From positions 2,220,001 through 2,252,000 of the forward strand of contig NC_017039.1 in NCBI RefSeq assembly GCF_000284455.1: DNA of 32,000 nucleotides. Reading direction: 5' to 3'. Of this stretch, positions 1 to 6,270 are shown in pieces. Within the stretch, counting starts at the first letter, position 1. Each line of letters begins with the position of its first letter. A program made the position numbers and the translations under genes. The notes beneath the pieces are model-generated. The model was not told where the DNA came from and did no database searches. It was given only the letters and a program-made list of their open reading frames with translations. This stretch comes from Synechocystis sp. PCC 6803 substr. PCC-P (GTDB lineage Bacteria > Cyanobacteriota > Cyanobacteriia > Cyanobacteriales > Microcystaceae).

Positions 1-80
1 TGGTAACTGCGTAACTGGATTATGATTTGTTAAGTAAAATTAAGTTTTGTGAATATTTGTCTGGGTGTTTCTTTCACCAC

Positions 81-108
81 TTGCTTTTTTGATCACTATA
101 AATATACT
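81..108 (+). promoter_or_regulatory. Candidate sigma70-type promoter for the pilin pair (TTGCTT-N16-TATACT)
   Basis: TTGCTT at 81-86 and TATACT at 103-108 lie in a ~140-nt AT-rich spacer upstream of the ATG at 142. This is a pattern match only. Confidence 0.25.
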
Positions 109-141
109 AAAGCCTAATGATCTTGAACAAGACTTTGCATT

Positions 142-702
142 ATGGCTTACAAGAATGAACTGATAAAAGCCTTAAAACTTTGCCTATTCACCCAAAAGAG
201 CACATCAGGTTGGACATTAATCGAAATTGGCGTTGTGACCACAATTGTGGGAATTTTGGCCAGCGTGGCATTTCCCTCACTCATGGGCATAAAGGCTAAA
301 ATGGATACTAGGGGTGAATTTTCTGAGGTGGTACAGACTCTCCGACAGGCTCAACGTAATGCAGTCAAAATGGGTAGAGAATGTAGATTGATTATGGATA
401 CCACCAACACCCCACACCGCCTACAACTGGATCCCGATGCAAAATACACTGGATGTTTAACATTTCAGGAATTTCCTCTGAACAATAGTAAGTTCCATGA
501 GAATTTTCCCGGTACAGCAATTCGCTTTTCTTACAAGGGAAACTCTACTAACATGGGAACGATGGTTATTCAGTCATCTTTTTCTCCCACAGTAAGTTAT
601 TGTTTGGCCATGTCTGGCATGATTGGTGTAATGAGAGCAGGGGTTTACGAAGGAGATCCAGAAACAGCTATTGATCCCACGCAATGCAGAACTGGTTATT
701 AG
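142..702 (+). CDS. pilA7: Type IV pilin-like protein (GspH/FimT-like minor pilin)
   Basis: 186-aa ORF. Prepilin motif KSTSG|WTLIEIGVVTTIVGILA has Glu at +5 and a hydrophobic helix. FSEVVQTLRQAQRNAVKMGRECRL resembles the GspH/FimT minor-pilin core. Its position three plus-strand ORFs before rfbC fits my recollection of slr1930. Confidence 0.8.
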   Translation: MAYKNELIKALKLCLFTQKSTSGWTLIEIGVVTTIVGILASVAFPSLMGIKAKMDTRGEFSEVVQTLRQAQRNAVKMGRECRLIMDTTNTPHRLQLDPDAKYTGCLTFQEFPLNNSKFHENFPGTAIRFSYKGNSTNMGTMVIQSSFSPTVSYCLAMSGMIGVMRAGVYEGDPETAIDPTQCRTGY

Positions 703-723
703 CAAAACTAAGGAGATAAGACA

Positions 724-1641
724 GTGAAAATTCTATGGTACTTAATGACACGTAATTCCTCTAAAGGCTTTACACTACTCGAGTTACTGTTGGCCTCAAT
801 CATGACTTTTTTTGTGGTCAGTGCTACGGGCTATGCCATTTTAGTTATGACCAGGGAAAATATATCTTCTGACGTGTCCAGTGATTTGAGATTTAATACC
901 GATAGGGCAACAGATTTCATAGCAGACGAAATAAGACAGGCCAACTTTTTGTCAACGAATACAGCTAACATACCGACAAATACAGGCACAGGTATAGAAA
1001 GTTGTGCAATGCAGACTGGTGAGCAATTTGTGATGGGATTAGCGGTTAGTTCTTCAGACGTAAACGTAGTTTATTACACAAAAACTCCTCCGGGCGGTGT
1101 ATGGTTAGGGCCCAGTTCAATTTATCGTTGCGGGCCCTCATTGACTTCTAGTGGGCAGTTGGGATCGGGCAGAATCAGAAGTATTCTTGTTGATTCCATA
1201 TCCACTGCGGCCGGCGCAACAACACCAACCTGCCCGTCTGGAACAACAAAAAGACCGACGACTCCTACCGCTGGCTTTTTTCTTTGTGTGGACAATAGTA
1301 ACCAAAATTTAGTTCAACTACGATTAACGGCGGCATCTGACGAACTTGCTAATCGAGGGATGACAACAACTGGAGGTCAAGGCCGATTTGATAGTAAAGC
1401 TACCTACTCAGTTGTAACTACTGCTTTTACAAGAGCGGCATCTGATATTGCAACTTTAAATGAAAGTGGAACATGCACAGGCGTTACAGTGGCGGTTGAT
1501 GGGAGAGCTGCTATACCTTTTTCTAGTGGAATGAGTGTGGTGGCAACATCTAGTAGCACAATGGTTTTTAGTCCTGGCACATGGACAAAAACAGGTAATA
1601 GCTATACCAGTGGAGGTTGTACAATTAATGCAGTCTTTTAA
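724..1641 (+). CDS. pilA8: Type IV pilin-like protein (large minor pilin, PilW/PilX-like size class)
   Basis: GTG start lies 8 nt after AAGGAG (710-715) and 21 nt after the previous stop. Prepilin motif SKG|FTLLELLLASIMTFFVV has Glu at +5. The 305-aa protein has a Ser/Thr/Gly-rich body with several Cys. Confidence 0.75.
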   Translation: MKILWYLMTRNSSKGFTLLELLLASIMTFFVVSATGYAILVMTRENISSDVSSDLRFNTDRATDFIADEIRQANFLSTNTANIPTNTGTGIESCAMQTGEQFVMGLAVSSSDVNVVYYTKTPPGGVWLGPSSIYRCGPSLTSSGQLGSGRIRSILVDSISTAAGATTPTCPSGTTKRPTTPTAGFFLCVDNSNQNLVQLRLTAASDELANRGMTTTGGQGRFDSKATYSVVTTAFTRAASDIATLNESGTCTGVTVAVDGRAAIPFSSGMSVVATSSSTMVFSPGTWTKTGNSYTSGGCTINAVF

Positions 1642-1698
1642 AGCAAAAATGGTAGCTTAAAATTATCTCTTTCCTAAATTATTGTCAGCAAAACTATA

Positions 1699-2394
1699 GT
1701 GAAACAGACCGTGTTATTCATTCCTGGATTTGCTGGAACCCCGGCCATGTGGGACTATCCCATAACTAATCTCGAGGATATTATCGATGCCCAAAGCTTG
1801 GTAATGGAAGGAGATTCGCTGCAGGCAATGGTGGATTTAGTTGTTAACAGCAACACACTGCCCGATAAATTTGCCCTGGTTGGCCATTCCATGGGGTCTT
1901 GGGTGGGAGCCGCCACCGCTGCCCTGCACCCAGAAAGAATTACTAAACTAGTGCTGATGGACGGTTGGGCTAGAAATAATGCTGCTAAAGCTGAAGAAAT
2001 GGAAGCCACACTCAAGGCTCTGGAGGCAGGACAACACCAACAAGTTTTGGCTCAGCACTGCCCCAATGTTTTTTATGGTGATAATGCCAACTTTAGTAAT
2101 AATGTTAAGTTTCTGCGGAGTCTCCAGGAATCTTTGCCGGCATCCCTAATTACGCAACAGTGGCAGGCCATGGCCAAAGACAACGATGTTCGTCACTTAT
2201 TACCAAAAATTCAATGTCCCACCCTGGTGATCCATGGCCGTCATGATCCTTGGTTTGACTTGGACGAGAATTTATTCCTGGCCCAATCGATTCCCCATGC
2301 TCAATTCACCATCGTGGAAGATGCGGCCCACGGCACTCCCATTGAACAACCCCAAGCAACCACTGCTTTGTTGCGTCTTTTCCTCGGCAATTAA
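1699..2394 (+). CDS. Alpha/beta-fold hydrolase
   Basis: 231 aa with a GTG start. It has a GHSMGS nucleophile elbow, VIHGRHDPW (acid region) and a C-terminal AAHGTPIEQP (catalytic His region). Confidence 0.75.
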   Translation: MKQTVLFIPGFAGTPAMWDYPITNLEDIIDAQSLVMEGDSLQAMVDLVVNSNTLPDKFALVGHSMGSWVGAATAALHPERITKLVLMDGWARNNAAKAEEMEATLKALEAGQHQQVLAQHCPNVFYGDNANFSNNVKFLRSLQESLPASLITQQWQAMAKDNDVRHLLPKIQCPTLVIHGRHDPWFDLDENLFLAQSIPHAQFTIVEDAAHGTPIEQPQATTALLRLFLGN

Positions 2395-2551
2395 GATTTT
2401 GTGCAAACCACCCCAATGCCCATCATGTTGACTAAGCCCATCCGCAACCTAGGGAGTATGGAATCAAAGGTTGGGGTTTTCTGCAATGGTGACAGCTAAA
2501 TCCTCCGGGTAGACGACGATATAGACTTTAATACCCGAATATTAAAAGCAG

Positions 2552-2588
2552 AAAAAAAGGGGGAACAGGTGGTAATTCCCGCTTCCCC
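2552..2588 (-). terminator. Probable intrinsic terminator of the coiled-coil gene
   Basis: On the minus strand, GGGGAA / TTCCCC form a 6-bp stem with a 17-nt loop. This is followed by C plus T7 (plus-strand A7 at 2552-2558), 27 nt past the stop. Confidence 0.45.
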
Positions 2589-2614
2589 AGCAATGGGCGA
2601 TGGAGGTATCAAGA

Positions 2615-2923
2615 CTAGAACTGTTTTTCAACCTGCTCAAACGTGTTGGACAATTCATTCCAACTTTTCTCTAGGCCAGCTTGCAATTCTTCCCAAGCCG
2701 CTTCACCGGACTGTTGCAGATCGTGCCATTTACCCATTAGGGCGTCCCGTTGAGCCTGAAGGTCTTTGAGGGATTTTTGATAGTTAACATTGGCATCTGC
2801 CGCTTTTTCTCTCGCTTCGGCAGTCATTTGGTCAATCTGGGCATTGAGCTTGTCAATTTTTGCCCTTACCTTCTCTTTGTAGGCTTCTTTTTCTTGGGCA
2901 GTCATAGTAGTGGGGTTAGACAT
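2615..2923 (-). CDS. Small coiled-coil protein, function unknown
   Basis: ORF 2615..2938. The second ATG (2923) has GAGGA 8 nt upstream. The sequence is heptad-like and rich in charged residues and Gln (KEKVRAKIDKLNAQIDQMTAEAREKAADANVNYQKSLKDLQAQRDAL). No TM segment or signal peptide. Confidence 0.6.
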   Translation of the reverse strand: MSNPTTMTAQEKEAYKEKVRAKIDKLNAQIDQMTAEAREKAADANVNYQKSLKDLQAQRDALMGKWHDLQQSGEAAWEELQAGLEKSWNELSNTFEQVEKQF

Positions 2924-3103
2924 AAAGGTTATCCTCATCTGTTTTTGTTTACTTTTCGCTTGCCGTCGGCTTTTTAATAAACCGCAGCACCCAGCCAGTG
3001 ATGGGAAGAAGAAATTAAACGTTTCCCGGCATCACACCAGTAGGGTTAGTTAATGTTGTTTTGTGGAAATATTTATTTGACTGATTGGCCAAACTTGCTT
3101 GGT

Positions 3104-3484
3104 CTAGAATCTGCCAGTGATAGATAGGACTATCACGATTAGGGCTAAAGCCAAATTGGCAGCCAACCCGAAACCAATTAAATTCCGTCTAAACTGTTTC
3201 TTGGAATTTGGATCGATTTCTGATACAGGAGGAGAAACAGGATAAGCATTGATCAAACCCGAATCGGTGATCCGGTAGGCAGGCTCAACGTTGGGGGAAG
3301 AGGGCGCATTGGCTTTGCCGGTTGTTTCTTTCATTTCCGACTCTGGAGTCAGAGGCTTCTCCCTCTCTGTCAATCCCTTGGCGGCAACTTCAGAGGGAAT
3401 TAGGTCGCTCCCATCACTGAAATGTTGGCCATGACTATTTTTAGCATTGGTTTCTTTTGCCAAAGCTACATTCTGGTTATCCAT
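3104..3484 (-). CDS. Hypothetical tail-anchored membrane protein
   Basis: The ORF extends to 3562 (TTG). The ATG at 3484 has GGAGG 8 nt upstream. It has a low-complexity N-terminal part and a single C-terminal TM (LIGFGLAANLALALIVIVLSI). Confidence 0.5.
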   Translation of the reverse strand: MDNQNVALAKETNAKNSHGQHFSDGSDLIPSEVAAKGLTEREKPLTPESEMKETTGKANAPSSPNVEPAYRITDSGLINAYPVSPPVSEIDPNSKKQFRRNLIGFGLAANLALALIVIVLSITGRF

Positions 3485-3591
3485 TGATAACCCTCCATCT
3501 AACGACAGCAAGTAATTTCCTTGCAATGACCCCATTATAACTCTCTGTCGTGCTTTTGTCAACTTAAAGTAATTTAACTTTAAATATATCG

Positions 3592-4356
3592 TTATAATTT
3601 TATAACTATTTTGTCATTACATAGCCTAAGAATATGTTTGAAAAGTTCGAGGCAAAGCCTTCGGAGTATGAGATGGAGCATGGCAACATGAATCATTGTC
3701 TCACTGGTGGTAGGTAAATATTCATAATCCTTTTGTCCATTCTTTTTGCTGACGACTTCCAAATTCCAGCCAAAGGTCTCATTAACCCAGGCAGTAAAAT
3801 TCTTACTGTCAAAAATGCTATCAGTCCATATCAATTGCAGGCACTGCCATAGAGGAGCAAACCAAGTACCGAGTAGAGTAAGACCTTGGTGGTCTGAGCG
3901 ATGACCGCTGTGAACCACAACATCGAGAAGTAATCCCATGGTATCCACGAGGATTGTACGTTTACGACCATTGACCTTTTTTCCACCGTCATAACCGCTT
4001 TCTTGTCCAGCGCCAGCCTTTCTCACTGACTGTGAGTCCAAACAACCAGCACTAGGGTTGGCATTTCTTCCGGCCTTAAGTCGAATCTTCTTTCTGAGGA
4101 TGTGATTCAATTTTTTCCAGGTACCGTCTTCCTGCCACTGTCGGAAATAACCATAGACTCTTCGCCATTTGGGAAAATCATGGGGTAGAAGTCGCCAAGC
4201 ACAACCCGCTCTGAGCATGTAAAAAATGGCATTAAGCACTTCCCTCAGATTAGTTTTCCGTTTTCTTCCCCCACTTTTTGCTTGGGGGAGATTGGATTCT
4301 ACCAATTGCCACTGACTATCACTGATGTCCGTGCTGTAAAGTTCTCGGATTATCAT
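3592..4356 (-). pseudogene. IS5-family DDE transposase, inactivated (in-frame deletion, lost stop)
   Basis: Compared with the adjacent copy it lacks 26 aa, GFEVLPRRWVVERTFAWFGRYRRLSK (junction 3730|3731). That block contains the conserved ...VVERTF... Glu. The native stop is lost, so the ORF reads through the IR into flanking DNA. Confidence 0.8.
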
Positions 4357-4423
4357 TAATTATGGTGAAAATTTTATTCTTTTCACCATTTTCCATTCTT
4401 CACCCTACTTTTCAAACACGCTC
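3630..4423 (-). mobile_element. IS5-family element, defective copy A (ISY523-like)
   Basis: Terminal inverted repeats are GAATATGTTTGAAAAGT (3630-) and the reverse complement GAGCGTGTTTGAAAAGT (-4423). It is 794 bp, against 871 bp for the neighbouring copy, because of a 78-bp internal deletion. Flanking triplets are TAA (3627-3629) and TTA (4424-4426). Confidence 0.8.
4362..4389 (-). promoter_or_regulatory. Perfect 10-bp-stem hairpin 5 nt upstream of the transposase ATG (copy A)
   Basis: ATGGTGAAAA ttttattc TTTTCACCAT. An identical structure is present in copy B. Confidence 0.5.
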
Positions 4424-4444
4424 TTAGAAAGTGTTTGAAAAGTT

Positions 4445-5230
4445 TTAAGCAAGCCTTTGAAGCATGAGATGAACCATGGCAACATAGAGCATGGTCTCAC
4501 TGGTGGTAGGTAAATATTCATAATCCTTGCTTAAACGACGATAGCGACCAAACCAAGCAAAGGTGCGCTCGACTACCCAACGGCGGGGTAAGACTTCAAA
4601 ACCTTTTTGTCCCTGCTTTTTGCTGACGACATTCAAATTCCAACCAAAAGTATGCTCCACCCAATAGATAAAATCCTTTCCGCCAAAGGTGCTATCAGTC
4701 CATATAACTTGCAGGCACTGCCAAAGGGGAGCAAACCAGGTAGCAAGTAGAATCAGACCCTGATGGTCGGAGCGATGGGCACCATGGACGACAACATCGA
4801 GAAGTAATCCCATGGTATCCACGAGGATTGTACGTTTACGACCATTGACCTTTTTTCCGCCGTCATAGCCAGTTTCTTGGCCAGTTCCAGCCTTTTTAAG
4901 TGACTGTGAATCTAAACAACCGGCACTAGGGTGAGTATTTCTTCCAGCTTTGAGCCGAACTTTCTCACGGAAGATACGGTTTAATTTTTTCCAGGTACCA
5001 TCTTCGTGCCATGGCTGGAAATAACCATAGACCGTTCGCCATTTAGGAAAATCATGGGGCAGAAGTCGCCAGGCACACCCCGTTCTGAGCATGTAAAAAA
5101 TAGCATTGAGTATCTCCCGCAGACTAGTTTTCCGTTTTCTTCCCCCAGTTTTTGCTTTGGGTAAATGAGGTTCTACCAATTGCCACTGGCTATCTGTGAT
5201 GTCCGTGCTGTAAAATTCTCGAATTATCAT
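4445..5230 (-). CDS. IS5-family DDE transposase
   Basis: 261 aa. The N-terminus, DSQWQLVEPHLPKAKTGGRKRKTSLREILNAIFYMLRTGCAWRLLP, is a typical IS5/IS1031-type HTH region. The C-terminus carries the RRWVVERTFAWFGRYRRLSKDYE motif. Confidence 0.9.
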   Translation of the reverse strand: MIIREFYSTDITDSQWQLVEPHLPKAKTGGRKRKTSLREILNAIFYMLRTGCAWRLLPHDFPKWRTVYGYFQPWHEDGTWKKLNRIFREKVRLKAGRNTHPSAGCLDSQSLKKAGTGQETGYDGGKKVNGRKRTILVDTMGLLLDVVVHGAHRSDHQGLILLATWFAPLWQCLQVIWTDSTFGGKDFIYWVEHTFGWNLNVVSKKQGQKGFEVLPRRWVVERTFAWFGRYRRLSKDYEYLPTTSETMLYVAMVHLMLQRLA

Positions 5231-5235
5231 TAATT

Positions 5236-5263
5236 ATGGTGAAAATTTTATTCTTTTCACCAT
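5236..5263 (-). promoter_or_regulatory. Perfect 10-bp-stem hairpin 5 nt upstream of the transposase ATG (copy B)
   Basis: Same 28-nt palindrome as at 4362-4389. In the transposase sense it also encodes a 9-codon uORF (MVKRIKFSP). That uORF ends 3 nt before the transposase ATG and is in frame with it. Confidence 0.5.
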
Positions 5264-5300
5264 TTTCCATTCTTCACCCTACTTTTCAAACACGCTCTTA

Positions 5301-5393
5301 GGATCTATTCCAACGACAAGACTAGATCGGAAATTGGGGGAATTATCGAGTGAAACCTTACAAAGCATAAGACAAGGGATAATTTTTCATTAG
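5301..5393 (+). pseudogene. C-terminal remnant of a MazF/PemK-family toxin gene
   Basis: The frame opens at the IS boundary and translates to GSIPTTRLDRKLGELSSETLQSIRQGIIFH*. This matches the typical MazF/PemK C-terminal pattern (..ID/K.RL..K.G.Ls.e.l..v..al). No N-terminal part is present on either side of the IS pair. Confidence 0.4.
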
Positions 5394-5407
5394 CTTTGGA
5401 ATAATAA

Positions 5408-5578
5408 TCAGCCTATTTAGGGAGCAAAATAACAGCGATTAAGCCCCTGGGATTCAGCAACATAAAGGGATTGATCAACGCTGATCGTTACTATGCCATG
5501 CAAAAAGGAGGCATTGTGGCGTCCGGGGAAACCCAAACCTTGAGCCAGGAAGTTATCCAAAAATTCTTGGCCGTTTAA
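5408..5578 (+). pseudogene. Possible decayed C-terminal remnant of an ABC-transporter ATPase (LivF/LivG-like)
   Basis: The translation ...GLINADRYYAMQKGGIVASGETQTLSQEVIQKFLAV* resembles ABC ATPase C-termini (..ADRgYvle.G.iv.sG....L). There is no start codon and no Walker, Q-loop or signature region upstream (stop at 5405). Confidence 0.25.
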
Positions 5579-5654
5579 TCTTTCCAGATTTTTCTCCACT
5601 GCCGGATTAATGGTATTTTTTCGGGTGTCGTAACCCTAAAGAGGAATTTAATCT

Positions 5655-6203
5655 GTGAACGTGATTCCCACAACTATCGCCGATGTGTTGATTTTGGAGC
5701 CCAAAGTCTTTGGCGATGAACGGGGTTTTTTCTTTGAGAGCTACAACGACAAGGTTTTCCAGCAGGCAGTGGGCATAGAACCCCATTTTGTGCAGGACAA
5801 TCATTCCTTTTCTCGTCAGGGGGTAGTGCGGGGGTTACATTATCAAATCCAGCATCCCCAGGGAAAATTAGTTCGGGTGGCCCGGGGAGAAATTTTTGAT
5901 GTGGCAGTGGATCTGCGCCGTAATTCCCCTAGTTTTGGCCAGTGGGTGGGTTGTGTGCTCAATGACCACAATAAAAGACAGCTATGGATTCCCGCCGGTT
6001 TTGCCCACGGTTTCGCCGTTCTTTCCCCGGAGGCAGAGGTGCTGTATAAAGCAACGGATTACTATGCACCGTCCTATGAGCGCACCCTATTGTGGAATGA
6101 CCCGGCCATTGGCATTGATTGGTCGTTAACCACCACTCCCCTATTATCTCTCAAGGATCAACGGGGTCTTCCCCTAGCCGAAGCGGAGGTGTTTGATTTT
6201 TAA
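5655..6203 (+). CDS. rfbC: dTDP-4-dehydrorhamnose 3,5-epimerase
   Basis: 182 aa with a GTG start. Conserved RmlC motifs are present: FGDERGFFFESYN, RGLHYQ, KLVRVARGEIFDVAVDLR, IPAGFAHGF and YYAPSYERTLLWND. Confidence 0.9.
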   Translation: MNVIPTTIADVLILEPKVFGDERGFFFESYNDKVFQQAVGIEPHFVQDNHSFSRQGVVRGLHYQIQHPQGKLVRVARGEIFDVAVDLRRNSPSFGQWVGCVLNDHNKRQLWIPAGFAHGFAVLSPEAEVLYKATDYYAPSYERTLLWNDPAIGIDWSLTTTPLLSLKDQRGLPLAEAEVFDF

Positions 6204-6270
6204 GTTCGCCTCTTTCCTGAATTACCCAAAAGTTTGCTGGAGAAGAATCAAGGACTCATTTTCTCCAACC

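Larger units (their letters stand above)
4427..5297 (-). mobile_element. IS5-family element, apparently intact copy B (ISY523-like, 871 bp)
   Basis: IRs are GAAAGTGTTTGAAAAGT (4427-) and the reverse complement GAGCGTGTTTGAAAAGT (-5297). It is flanked by direct TTA at 4424-4426 and 5298-5300. The 871-bp length matches my recollection of ISY523. Confidence 0.8.

Noticed and set aside
2405-2485. CCCCAA ... TTGGGG followed by TTTTCT, considered as a terminator for the hydrolase gene
   Set aside because: The loop would be about 54 nt with only a 6-7-bp stem. That is too weak to call.
5417-5599. 60-aa minus-strand ORF with an ATG start
   Set aside because: I cannot exclude it. It overlaps a plus-strand frame with ABC-ATPase-like similarity and has no recognisable motif, so I did not list it as a CDS.
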